This document shows, piece by piece, positions 39,937-49,605 of a stretch of DNA of 64,000 nucleotides; positions within the stretch are counted from its first letter, which is position 1, and each line of letters starts with the position of its first letter. A program made the position numbers and the translations under genes. The notes under the pieces were generated by a model. That model was not told the DNA's origin and made no database searches. It saw nothing but the letters and a program-made list of their open reading frames with translations. The stretch is from IMG/VR virus record IMGVR_UViG_3300024344_003081; one strand, 5' to 3'. The DNA is from a virus (Duplodnaviria > Caudoviricetes).

Positions 39937-40821
39937 ATGGCACAACTATCTGCACTAAAAAAATCCCGCAAATCCTTTATGCAAAATCTTCACAAAGAAA
40001 TTGAGAAGATTGATACTCCTTCTGAATCGAAGAGTTATATCGATGATCGATTTTGGAAGCCAGAAATAGATAAGTCTGGAAATGGATATGCTGTTATTCG
40101 ATTTCTTCCCCCAGTAGATGGAGAAGATATTCCATGGGCGAGAGTTTTCAACCATGGTTTTCAAGGACCAACAGGTCTTTGGTACATTGAAAATTCTTTG
40201 ACAACTCTTGGTAAGAAAGATCCTGTCTCAGAATATAATTCTCAACTCTGGAATTCTGGAATCGAGGCGAACAAAGAGATTGCTCGTAAGCAAAAACGCC
40301 GTCTAACTTATATCAGTAACATTTATATTGTTTCTGATTCAAAGAATCCTCAGAACGAAGGAAAAGTTTTTCTATACAAATTTGGAAAAAAGATTTTCGA
40401 TAAAGTCAATGATTTGATGAATCCCGAATTTGAAGATGAAACTCCTGTAAATCCTTTTGATCTTTGGGAAGGTGCGAACTTCAAATTGAAGATTCGTAAA
40501 GTTGAGGGTTATCAAAATTATGATAAGAGTGAATTTGATAAACCTGCACAACTTGTAGAAGATGAAACTGAGCTTGAAAAAGTTTGGAATTCACAGTATG
40601 CTCTTACAGAATTTACTGGTGATGATCAATTTAAGTCTTATGAGGATTTGAAAGCGAGATTAGATTCTGTTCTTGCAGTAGAAACTCCTCCTATTACTGA
40701 GCCTGTTTCTCGACCTGTTACTAAACCTAAAACTGCTGAAGATGTATCATCAGAAGATAAAACAACTTCTGAAGATGATGAAGATATGTCTTATTTTGCT
40801 AAGTTAGCAGAAGATAATTAA
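39937..40821 (+). CDS. gp32: Single-stranded DNA-binding protein
   Basis: DDRFWKP..DKSGNGYAVIRFLP, YIENSLTTLG..DPV, acidic C-terminal tail. Confidence 0.97.
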   Translation: MAQLSALKKSRKSFMQNLHKEIEKIDTPSESKSYIDDRFWKPEIDKSGNGYAVIRFLPPVDGEDIPWARVFNHGFQGPTGLWYIENSLTTLGKKDPVSEYNSQLWNSGIEANKEIARKQKRRLTYISNIYIVSDSKNPQNEGKVFLYKFGKKIFDKVNDLMNPEFEDETPVNPFDLWEGANFKLKIRKVEGYQNYDKSEFDKPAQLVEDETELEKVWNSQYALTEFTGDDQFKSYEDLKARLDSVLAVETPPITEPVSRPVTKPKTAEDVSSEDKTTSEDDEDMSYFAKLAEDN

Positions 40822-40847
40822 TCTAAGAGTGCTTAGTACTCACTTTA

Positions 40848-40890
40848 ATTAGGGGGCCTGGAGTGTCGTTCCAGCGGCACGCCTCCTAAT
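40848..40890 (+). other. GC-rich stem-loop between convergent operons
   Basis: 10-bp stem ATTAGGGGGC/GCCTCCTAAT enclosing a 6-bp stem GTGTCG/CGGCAC; 26/43 nt G+C; no U-tract. Confidence 0.7.
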
Positions 40891-40892
40891 CA

Positions 40893-42746
40893 TCAACGAG
40901 CCCCATCAAATAAACCATCACCCATATAATTAAAGTCTACATTTTGTTGAATATCAGATCGAACAGTATTATGAGTAGTTTCTTGTAAAACTACATTATC
41001 TCCTCCTCCTCCTCGATTAACTGATCTTCTTCTTGTCTCTTCCCATTGTGCCAATATTTGTTGTGCTTTTAATTCACGTAGTTTATGCAATTGGTCCACA
41101 TCTACATTTCCTGCTTCTAACAATTTTTGCATAACTAGACTATTTTTTAATGCTCCTGGACCAATTTGATGATCTGGAATAGGTGGAGCGTTTTTACCTG
41201 GAAACCATATATCCCATAAACCTCCAGCATTTTTTATTGCTGAAAGTATCGTTGACAGTCCTAAACTGGTTGTTGGACTAACTCCTTGAGCCCGTAATGC
41301 ATCATCTATTACTTCTAAATCTTGTTGAGCTTGATGCATTTTTGTCTGTGTAGTTTGAGCCCCCCCATATGTAGCAAGTTCTTCTTCCAATTTCGCCGCT
41401 ACTACTGCTTTCTTTTTGGATATACCAAAAAGTGCATCAAGTTCATCAGTCACGACTTGCAATGCATATCCTAGTGCCGCTCCTAAAATCATACCTCCAA
41501 GTATTCCAGGTATACTTCCTGCAGTTAAAAATGCACCAGCTATACCGCCCAAAGCTCCCCCAGCAACCATTTTCCTAGCATATGGACTGGCTTTAAAATA
41601 TTCAACTAAAGCCTTTTTATAGGCATTTGCCATTCCTTTTCCTTCAGCTTTGTCAATTCTTAATGCTTCTGCTAAGACTGGTCCTGCTAATAGTCCAGCT
41701 CCAGCTCCAAGTATTAAACCAGCCATCATTCCTGCTGGACCAAATTTACTTAATACTAATGCACCAAAAAGTGCGCCACCTCCAGGAGCAAATTCTAAAA
41801 CACCTTTCATTTGATCACTTGAAAACCATTTCACTAAACCTGCAGTCATTGCCGATTTCCAATCTGCTCCAGTAGCTCTTTCTATCTCCATCATTTCTTT
41901 TATTGTACCAGCACCTATTATTCCAATACCTGCTCCAAGAATTGCTCCAGCCACCATTCCTGCAGGACCAAATAACATTCCCATTTTACCAAACAGAGCC
42001 GCCCCGCCCAATCCCATATAAGGAATAAAATTTTTGTATAAATGCTCTTTCACTTTATTCATTACATTTTTGGAATCTACTTTTGATTTATCTTCTGCAA
42101 AAATATGATTTAATCCAGTTAATGCCCCTCCAAGTACTCCGCCAATTATTGCTCCTCTTGGTCCCAATAAACCAAAACCGATCAAAGCTCCTTTTCCAGC
42201 ACCTCCTGCCGCGGCTTCAGCAAGTGATTTATATGCTCCTCCTGATGGAGAAAAAAATGAATCTATAAATGCTCTAACGCCACCACTAAAGGTGTCTTGA
42301 TCAAATCCTGCTTGTAATGCTTGAACTAATGCTGGTCCTGCAACGAGTAAAGCAATACCTCTTGCTAATTTGGGCAATAGTGCCATACCTAAAGATGCGG
42401 GCATGAATCTTCTTAATCCTCCAGGAATTCCCATAAGTGCAGTAGATAAGAAATTTCCCAACATTCCCATGAAACCCTTTCCTGAGAATCTTGGTAAATT
42501 CATCTTGGATTTCATATTTAATTCTTTTCTGCCTTCTTTTTTTTCCTCAAGTTCGTTTTCTCTATCTTTTCGGTCCTTAACTTTATCTGCATTTACCCCT
42601 TTTAGCAGAAGTCCTCTCATACTGTATAATAAAGCGGACTGTACTTCCATCTGTTTTTCGATGGTTGCAATATTATTTTTATTTTGATCTTTTAGTTCAT
42701 TGACAAGATTTTGAAAATGAGAATAATTGTGGGGTTTACGTGCCAT
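40893..42746 (-). CDS. Gly/Ala-zipper-rich protein, tape-measure (gp29-position) candidate
   Basis: Repeated GxxGAxxGxxxG hydrophobic helices; directly downstream of gp26/gp51. Confidence 0.55.
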   Translation of the reverse strand: MARKPHNYSHFQNLVNELKDQNKNNIATIEKQMEVQSALLYSMRGLLLKGVNADKVKDRKDRENELEEKKEGRKELNMKSKMNLPRFSGKGFMGMLGNFLSTALMGIPGGLRRFMPASLGMALLPKLARGIALLVAGPALVQALQAGFDQDTFSGGVRAFIDSFFSPSGGAYKSLAEAAAGGAGKGALIGFGLLGPRGAIIGGVLGGALTGLNHIFAEDKSKVDSKNVMNKVKEHLYKNFIPYMGLGGAALFGKMGMLFGPAGMVAGAILGAGIGIIGAGTIKEMMEIERATGADWKSAMTAGLVKWFSSDQMKGVLEFAPGGGALFGALVLSKFGPAGMMAGLILGAGAGLLAGPVLAEALRIDKAEGKGMANAYKKALVEYFKASPYARKMVAGGALGGIAGAFLTAGSIPGILGGMILGAALGYALQVVTDELDALFGISKKKAVVAAKLEEELATYGGAQTTQTKMHQAQQDLEVIDDALRAQGVSPTTSLGLSTILSAIKNAGGLWDIWFPGKNAPPIPDHQIGPGALKNSLVMQKLLEAGNVDVDQLHKLRELKAQQILAQWEETRRRSVNRGGGGDNVVLQETTHNTVRSDIQQNVDFNYMGDGLFDGAR

Positions 42747-42748
42747 TA

Positions 42749-42937
42749 TTAGGCCCTTCTTTCTTGATCTTTTTGTTTACTATTTTCTTGTTCTATATGA
42801 GCAATTAGCATTTCTACGTATATGTCTCTTTCAAAAGGCATTAAATTTTCTATTTCTGTTAAACTATATTTATGATGTTGCATCAATTGAAACGTTAGTT
42901 GATAATAGTTTGCTAAAGTATTATGACTACACATCAT
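42749..42937 (-). CDS. gp51: Baseplate hub/tail assembly chaperone, small subunit
   Basis: LMQHHKYSLTEIENLMPFERDIY signature. Confidence 0.88.
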   Translation of the reverse strand: MMCSHNTLANYYQLTFQLMQHHKYSLTEIENLMPFERDIYVEMLIAHIEQENSKQKDQERRA

Positions 42938-43677
42938 AAAAAAAAATCGCCAATTCCATTCAAAGTTTGTTTTTCATGACATTTACATTTAGAACATGTA
43001 AATTCAATATCGTGTAATATAGCAGGCATTGTGCCAAAAAACAGTTTAAGTTTTTCAAATTGATCACTTGATAAACTACTAATAAATTCTTCCAGTTCTT
43101 CTTTATTATATTCACCTGCATTAAATACTTCTTCACCAGAATATATGTTATCAATACAATCAATAACAATACTAAACAATTCTGCTACAGTTGAAGTTTT
43201 TTCATTTTCCATGTCTGCTAAACGATTATAAACTTCCATTGTTGGATATTTCATTTCAACAGTAATTGTATCTGTTAATTTAATGTTCTTAGAATGTTTA
43301 TCGTTTGTAGTAAGTTTTATATCAGCAAGATTTATTTTTACTTTTGTTTGAGCATCACAAGATTCCCCATTACTATTTGTTTCTTCTCGATGTTTTATCA
43401 TTAGTTCAACAACTTCACCAACAGATTTTGCTCTTATATTTAATAATGCCATCTGTAAATCAAATAATGGTAATTCTTCAGCATTTACTTCTTCTGATAA
43501 AATACAATTATTGATTATTTGTTTTGAAGTTCTTACTATTTCATCTTGTTCTCCCCCCTCCATAGCCATCAATAAAAGTTTCTCTTCTTTGACTAGAAAG
43601 GGTCTGTAAGTTACTGGTTTTTTTATTGAAGTCAAGTTCATTGTAAATGTAGGTGCTTCAATTTTGGGTAAACTCAT
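42934..43677 (-). CDS. gp26: Baseplate hub assembly protein
   Basis: LPKIEAP..YRPFLVKEEK.LL, RAKSVGE, C..C...GIGDFF. Confidence 0.92.
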   Translation of the reverse strand: MSLPKIEAPTFTMNLTSIKKPVTYRPFLVKEEKLLLMAMEGGEQDEIVRTSKQIINNCILSEEVNAEELPLFDLQMALLNIRAKSVGEVVELMIKHREETNSNGESCDAQTKVKINLADIKLTTNDKHSKNIKLTDTITVEMKYPTMEVYNRLADMENEKTSTVAELFSIVIDCIDNIYSGEEVFNAGEYNKEELEEFISSLSSDQFEKLKLFFGTMPAILHDIEFTCSKCKCHEKQTLNGIGDFFL

Positions 43678-43702
43678 TATATCTCCATTTTTTAATTATT
43701 TT

Positions 43703-44245
43703 TTACGCAACACTAGGGGGATTGGCTCCAGTTGAAATTCTGCTCATTTCCCATTTTCGATATGCAAAGGTAACACTAAGTCTTGCATATTCATTATTTT
43801 GTGACCATCCCAAATTTATTGCTCCCACATTTAGGGGAAATGCTTCTCTAAATCTTATTCCATAACTTCTAACATTTTCTTCTGTAAATGTTCTTAACCA
43901 AATATCAGTTGTATAATCATTATAATATGAAGCATCATATAGATCGGGATCAACTATATCATTTTGCCAATTGTCAAAAAACTCTTTTTCTTTCCATCCC
44001 TCTGCAGAACAAATAAATGTCATTGTAGTATCAATGAACATTTGACCATAACCTATTTTTCTTACTGGTCCATATAATTTATCTTCAACTGTAAGCATAG
44101 TTTTACCAGGAAGTTCTGCTTGTTCGCATTGAAATACGCTAAAATCAGAATCTTGTCTACCGATATAGACTTCATATCTATTTAATGGTGCGGGACCATG
44201 TTTAACATTTAATTTGCTTCTAAAATTATCTACACTTAAAGGCAT
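43703..44245 (-). CDS. gp54: Tail tube initiator (tube-protein family)
   Basis: CEQAELPG, F..W...I, Y..AFP..VG...L, V.F.YR.W. Confidence 0.7.
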   Translation of the reverse strand: MPLSVDNFRSKLNVKHGPAPLNRYEVYIGRQDSDFSVFQCEQAELPGKTMLTVEDKLYGPVRKIGYGQMFIDTTMTFICSAEGWKEKEFFDNWQNDIVDPDLYDASYYNDYTTDIWLRTFTEENVRSYGIRFREAFPLNVGAINLGWSQNNEYARLSVTFAYRKWEMSRISTGANPPSVA

Positions 44246-44826
44246 TAAATCATTCTCCTACTATCTCCCCAAACAACGAGTTTGTTTTCTTTTTTGAATC
44301 TTTCTGTTGGTAAAAATAATGCAATTTCTTTTTCATCATCATCTACAATTACAACTCTAGATGTTATGTGTTTATATAGATATCTTTTTACTGTTGGTTT
44401 AATTTGTTTAATTCTTGCAAGTCCTTCATAATTTACTGATTTTGACCGATCAATAGCATCCATTAATTTTGCCCTAAGTAATGGAGGAAGATAATGAAAA
44501 TTTAAACCAAGAAAACCATTTCCATACATTTTTACGCACATGATTAATGGGAATCTATCATAATACTTCATTTTATCTTTAGTTTTTGGATCATAAAAAT
44601 ATGATGCCATTGCACCAGGTGCTATTGTTCCCTTACCTGATTTTTTAGCAGTTTTATAAAATTCATCTGCAGTATCTACTTCACTAAATCTACTTCTTAA
44701 TTCTGCTCTTAAAGCGCCAACTTTTCTGCGAAACCATTGTGATGCATTACTTGTTCTTGGTTGTCCTTCATTTCTTCTTATTGCAGTCTTTAATTTATCT
44801 AAAAACGTTTGATCTTGTTGTGCCAT
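44245..44826 (-). CDS. gp2: DNA end protector
   Basis: YDPKTK..M.YYDRFPL, GLNFHYLPP..RAKL, VKRYLY.H. Confidence 0.92.
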   Translation of the reverse strand: MAQQDQTFLDKLKTAIRRNEGQPRTSNASQWFRRKVGALRAELRSRFSEVDTADEFYKTAKKSGKGTIAPGAMASYFYDPKTKDKMKYYDRFPLIMCVKMYGNGFLGLNFHYLPPLLRAKLMDAIDRSKSVNYEGLARIKQIKPTVKRYLYKHITSRVVIVDDDEKEIALFLPTERFKKENKLVVWGDSRRMI

Positions 44827-44831
44827 AATTA

Positions 44832-44838
44832 TATTTAG
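44832..44838 (-). promoter_or_regulatory. Candidate late promoter (CTAAATA)
   Basis: In the 12-nt gap immediately upstream of gp2. Confidence 0.55.
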
Positions 44839-45270
44839 TTAAAAAAGATGATCTTCTGTAATGATTTTAAATCTCCATTTTCTGTCGCTACAATACTCTG
44901 TAGCCGCTTTCCATTTTGCTTCATTTACACCAAATGTGTATACTTCAGATAAATATCTTCTAGTGATTCTTTTAGGTTTTTTGGGTTGTGATAGTTGCTT
45001 TTTGGGTTTAACTTCTATAAGCACACATTCTGTTAATCCATTTTCTTTTTTTATTTTGATCCAAAAATCAGGAAAATATCTATGTATTCGTTTATCAATA
45101 GGAGATTTGTAGGGAACAACTATCTCTTCACTTGACCATTCAATAACATCGGGATTGTTTTCACAATAATTCATGAATTTTTTTTCCCATAAAGAACGGT
45201 AAGTAACTTTAGTAGGATCTCCCCGATATTTTTTCAAATTTTTTATTTTATATTTTCCTTTGTAACTCAT
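44839..45270 (-). CDS. gp4: Head completion nuclease
   Basis: MSYKGKY..KY.GDP...YRSLWE..M.YC...WSSEE...HRYFPDF; ATG 45270. Confidence 0.95.
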   Translation of the reverse strand: MSYKGKYKIKNLKKYRGDPTKVTYRSLWEKKFMNYCENNPDVIEWSSEEIVVPYKSPIDKRIHRYFPDFWIKIKKENGLTECVLIEVKPKKQLSQPKKPKRITRRYLSEVYTFGVNEAKWKAATEYCSDRKWRFKIITEDHLF

Positions 45271-45271
45271 G

Positions 45272-45278
45272 CTAAATA
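45272..45278 (+). promoter_or_regulatory. Candidate late promoter (CTAAATA)
   Basis: In the divergent gap, followed by a GAGGAG RBS and ATG 45305. Confidence 0.55.
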
Positions 45279-45304
45279 TTATGTATATAACGTAGAGGAG
45301 AATA

Positions 45305-46192
45305 ATGGCCCAGAATCCGGCAACCAAATTAAGAGAAGTAGTAAATGTAAAAACTGGTGTTAGAATATATAGATTTCCAGAAAATATAGGATCAACTACA
45401 GCAGAACCAGAATCAAGAAAATTTTGTTTATTTCGTTTTCATAATGTAGATGATAGTGGAAATCCAGGAGAAACATCTACTTGTGTAGTATTGCCTTTTC
45501 CAGAAATAAATGATGCGATTAATATAAAATATGAGAATGTTGAATTTGATGTTGTTGGAGCAATTGCAGTAGGGGCCTCGGCGGGAAATGTAAGTATAGA
45601 TCGTTTATCGGATATTGCAAAAACAGGATTAAAATCTTTTAATAGAGATTCTTTTGCACGAATAGCCGCAGATACAGTATTAAGTGGAACTCCTGGACTA
45701 AAAGCAGGAGTTGCAAAAGGATTAAATACAATACAAAATCCTTATATTACAAACGTATTTAATAGTTCAGGATTTAGAGATTTTTCTTTTACTTTTACTC
45801 TTATACCAAAAAGGGCTCATGAAAGTGATCATATACAAGATATTATTAGAACTTTTAAAGAAGCAATGTTACCCGAAAAAAAATTAATAAAAGAAGGAAG
45901 AAATATAAATCAGAGTACAGGAATTATAAAAATGCCAGATAAAGTTGATATTACTTTTTTTCCTACTACAGGAGCAGATTATAACAAAAATAAATCAATA
46001 ATAAAAATTCGAAATGCAGTCGTAACAGATTTGACAGTTGAATTTTCATCAGGAACACAAAATCCTACTTTTTTTAAAGACACGGGTGCTCCTTTATCTG
46101 CAGTATTGAATGTATCAGTTAAAGAAACCGAAATTTATACTAAAGAAAGTCTTATAAAAGATTATCCAGAACACAGAAAGGATTTCAAATAG
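45305..46192 (+). CDS. gp48: Baseplate tail-tube cap, copy 1
   Basis: NPY....F....FRDFSFTF.L.P....E...I..II..FK..M.P. Confidence 0.8.
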   Translation: MAQNPATKLREVVNVKTGVRIYRFPENIGSTTAEPESRKFCLFRFHNVDDSGNPGETSTCVVLPFPEINDAINIKYENVEFDVVGAIAVGASAGNVSIDRLSDIAKTGLKSFNRDSFARIAADTVLSGTPGLKAGVAKGLNTIQNPYITNVFNSSGFRDFSFTFTLIPKRAHESDHIQDIIRTFKEAMLPEKKLIKEGRNINQSTGIIKMPDKVDITFFPTTGADYNKNKSIIKIRNAVVTDLTVEFSSGTQNPTFFKDTGAPLSAVLNVSVKETEIYTKESLIKDYPEHRKDFK

Positions 46193-46196
46193 TAAA

Positions 46197-47267
46197 ATGG
46201 AACCATATGCTAATTTGAATAGAATAGTAGGACTTAAAAAAAGATATGAATATCCTAAAGGTATAGGTAGTACTAAAGGACTACATCATTTTATGTTAAT
46301 AAAAGAATTAAGATGGAAAAAACCTGAAAAAGGAAGTGATGCGTTTAGTGGAAGTGGAATAACAAATTTTGAAAATGTTACTGGTGGAAATGAATCAAAA
46401 GATTTTTATGAACCTGGGAAAAATTTTATTTTACATTTGCCACCTGGTTCATTAAAAACACAATATTCTGCTGATTATGCTGATGTAAATTTGGGTATTT
46501 TTGGAGATATATTATCACAAAATGCAATGCAAATAACAGAAGATATGAAAACACATTTTTCAGAATTTGCAAAAGGTGATACAGGATTTATACAAAATAC
46601 GATGAAAATGTATAATGAATTAAGAAAAGATATGACAGATAAAATTATGCCATATTATGATAGTGAAGATTTTAAAGGAGATTTTGTAAATAGAATTAGA
46701 TTTAATGTAGCAACCGCTGTTGGTGCTTTAGCTCCTTCACAGGCAAAAGGAGAACAAATAGCATCTATGTCTATGAGAGCGGCAAGAAATCCATATACTT
46801 CTCTCATATTTACAGGAATAAAAAAATTACGAACACATAATTTTAATTTTGAATTTAATCCTAAAGATGCAAACGAATCTAGTACTCTTATGTCAATTAT
46901 ATTAAATTTAAAATATGGAATGTTACCAGGATTAGATAGATTAACTATTAAAAAAGGAGCGAATTCAAATATTATTGCTCAAACACCAACTGCTCATCCA
47001 GATCATAAACGTATGCATACTATGTCTATTCAAAATGAAATGAATTCTGCTTTTTTTACTTATCCCCATAATTATAGAATTCAATTTTTTAGTAATGCTG
47101 GAGAGAACAAATATTTGTATCGTATAGGAAATTCTTTTTTAGTATCACTTAAAGCAAAATATGCACCTAGATTTTTTGAAGAAAATGGAATGCCAACAAC
47201 AATAGGTTTACAACTTCAGTTTAAAGAAAACTTTGCTATTGATAGATCACAAGCGGAGACTTACTAA
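46197..47267 (+). CDS. gp48: Baseplate tail-tube cap, copy 2
   Basis: NPY....F.G...R.H.F.F.F.P....E; YP; GMPT...L.L.FKE. Confidence 0.75.
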   Translation: MEPYANLNRIVGLKKRYEYPKGIGSTKGLHHFMLIKELRWKKPEKGSDAFSGSGITNFENVTGGNESKDFYEPGKNFILHLPPGSLKTQYSADYADVNLGIFGDILSQNAMQITEDMKTHFSEFAKGDTGFIQNTMKMYNELRKDMTDKIMPYYDSEDFKGDFVNRIRFNVATAVGALAPSQAKGEQIASMSMRAARNPYTSLIFTGIKKLRTHNFNFEFNPKDANESSTLMSIILNLKYGMLPGLDRLTIKKGANSNIIAQTPTAHPDHKRMHTMSIQNEMNSAFFTYPHNYRIQFFSNAGENKYLYRIGNSFLVSLKAKYAPRFFEENGMPTTIGLQLQFKENFAIDRSQAETY

Positions 47268-47845
47268 TGTCAGATTTTTTTAAGAATTATAGTACATTTT
47301 ATTATAATATGGATAAGGTTAAACCAATTAGAGGGAAACTTGCGACAAATTTATTGTCTAGAGTAAACATAACTAATGAAGTTTTAAAAAATGTTAGATC
47401 ATATTATCCGTATCGAATAAAAGAACATGAAAGACCAGATATTATAGCACAAGAATATTATGGATCTAGTGATCTAGTTTTTTTAATATTTTTAGCAAAT
47501 AATATTCAAGATCCTTTATATGATTGGCCATTATTTGGAAACGAATTGACAAATCTTATTAAAGAAAAGTATGGTTCAGTTGATTCTGCAAAAACAGATG
47601 TGCATCATTATGAACAAATATTAAGAAGTGGTTCTAATAAAACAGTGGATACTCCTAAGATTTTAGAAAAAGTTGCGATTGTTGATAAAGAATCATATGA
47701 TCTTCTTGATGCAACAAAAAGAAAAATAATATACAATTATGATTATGAGATTATGAAAAACAATGCAAAAAAAGAAATTGTTTTAATAGAAAATACTTTT
47801 TCTAAACAAATTTTAACTGAACTAAGAAGTCTTTATGCTAATTAA
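47267..47845 (+). CDS. gp53: Baseplate wedge protein with LysM-like domain
   Basis: ERPDIIA..YYGS, N...P..DWP, VHHYE. Confidence 0.9.
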   Translation: MSDFFKNYSTFYYNMDKVKPIRGKLATNLLSRVNITNEVLKNVRSYYPYRIKEHERPDIIAQEYYGSSDLVFLIFLANNIQDPLYDWPLFGNELTNLIKEKYGSVDSAKTDVHHYEQILRSGSNKTVDTPKILEKVAIVDKESYDLLDATKRKIIYNYDYEIMKNNAKKEIVLIENTFSKQILTELRSLYAN

Positions 47846-49605
47846 TGGAATATAATATGTCAGAATATTCAGATATAGGAACTTCAGAATTTAACAAATC
47901 CGAATCAAAATTTAGTACTGAAGCAGAATGGACATTAACCTTTATTAATTATAGGGGAAGAGAATATGTAGTTAATTCTGAAGAAAATTCAGTAATTCTT
48001 GGTTTTACAATAAACGAATCTTTATTTGAAAGTAATGTTATAACTGGTGATATAAAAATACTTGATGGTGCTGGATTAGATGAAAGAATTCCTATTATCG
48101 GACAAGAAAAAGTTCGTATTAAATTAAAAAATAAATTATTGGGTGGATCAATGTGGGATGCTGAATATACGATTATTAAAAGATCCGCCACTATAGAAGA
48201 TGGACCATCAAAGTTTTTTGTTTTGGATTTTTGTTCAGATGAATTTATTGCAAATTTAAGAAACAGAGTATCTAAATCATATAAATCACAATTAGCTTCT
48301 CATATAATTAAAGACATATATGATAATTATGTAAAAAATGATCATTTTGTAAAAGATCAAAAACTATTAAATTATGATGAAAAAGGAGATTCTGATGGAA
48401 CTTTTTATGGAATGCATTTTGTATTTCCTACAGTAAGACCTTTTAAAGCAATAAGCATGGTAGTTAAAAAATCTGTTGCTTCAAATGTTGAAATGAGGCA
48501 AAGACAAGTAAGTGCAAATTTTGGTAAATTTTTATTTTATGAAAATAAATTTGGTTTTTATTTTAAAGCATTGTCTGATTTATTACATCCCTTGGTAACA
48601 ACATCGGAAGCGGAAATTGAAGAATCGGAAATAGAAGCATTAGAATCACAGGGCACAGATTCTGGTCAACAAAATCCCCTTACTAGAGAAAAAGGAAAAA
48701 GAATAGCTCGTCCTCCTACGACATCATCAATTGAAATACCAGTAGCCTCTTATGTAATAAGACCAGCAGATCATATTGGTATATCTGCAGAAGAAAAAGA
48801 ATTTTTAGTTGTTCGATTTAAATTACAATCTACTTTTAATGTTTTAAATAATTTAGTAGAAGGAATGTATTCTGGAAGATTATTAACATATGATCCAACA
48901 ACTCAAAGAATAGGTTCTATAAATCAATCATCAGCTACACCATATATTCCTAAAGATGATAAAGAAGATGAAAGATTTACTAATGGTTTATATAAAGCAA
49001 ATCATAAGGCAACGTATTATGAATATGATTATTGGAATCAATTTTCAAATTTTAGACATGTTGGCGGTGAAAGAAATCCTCTAACAAATGATCATCATTA
49101 TGGAGTAGATAAATCTGAATCATTTTACAAATATGTATCAACAAATTTTAATCATAATGAAAAAATGATTACAAAATTATTGCAAAATGTTATGACAGAT
49201 AATGATAAGGGAGCAATTTCCGTAGACAAACAAGTAGAAAGATGGTTGATTCAGAGTTATTCTCAATCAAGACAATTGAAAAATATAATAACACAAGTAA
49301 CTGTGCCTGGTGATCATAATAGAGTTATTGGAGAAATAATAGAATTGAAATATCCTTCAAGTTATTATCCAAATGAAGAACATTCGTTTTATACAGGACA
49401 TTATTTAATAACAAAAATTCAACATATAATTACAAATAATAGTTATTTAACAACAATGGAATTAGCAAAAGATACATTATTTACTAGACTTTATAGACAT
49501 ATTTTTGATGATGCAAATGAAATGATATTTGATCCAGAAGCTGTGGTGGGTTTAGATCAAGGTCTTAATCCCAAACATGGTATGGAAGGAGGATATAGTG
49601 AATAG
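47845..49605 (+). CDS. Baseplate hub protein (gp27/tail-hub-like)
   Basis: I.ESLF....G.I.I.D..L.E..PI.G.E; F.FYEN; VPGD....G...L....Y.G.YLIT.I.H; sits between gp53 and gp5. Confidence 0.7.
   Translation: MEYNMSEYSDIGTSEFNKSESKFSTEAEWTLTFINYRGREYVVNSEENSVILGFTINESLFESNVITGDIKILDGAGLDERIPIIGQEKVRIKLKNKLLGGSMWDAEYTIIKRSATIEDGPSKFFVLDFCSDEFIANLRNRVSKSYKSQLASHIIKDIYDNYVKNDHFVKDQKLLNYDEKGDSDGTFYGMHFVFPTVRPFKAISMVVKKSVASNVEMRQRQVSANFGKFLFYENKFGFYFKALSDLLHPLVTTSEAEIEESEIEALESQGTDSGQQNPLTREKGKRIARPPTTSSIEIPVASYVIRPADHIGISAEEKEFLVVRFKLQSTFNVLNNLVEGMYSGRLLTYDPTTQRIGSINQSSATPYIPKDDKEDERFTNGLYKANHKATYYEYDYWNQFSNFRHVGGERNPLTNDHHYGVDKSESFYKYVSTNFNHNEKMITKLLQNVMTDNDKGAISVDKQVERWLIQSYSQSRQLKNIITQVTVPGDHNRVIGEIIELKYPSSYYPNEEHSFYTGHYLITKIQHIITNNSYLTTMELAKDTLFTRLYRHIFDDANEMIFDPEAVVGLDQGLNPKHGMEGGYSE

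Noticed and set aside
40845-40895. TGA TGA stop of the minus gene followed by a hairpin (SECIS-like readthrough)
   Set aside because: On minus the stems contain A-C mismatches (they are G-U on plus), and readthrough adds only 14 residues with no redox motif.
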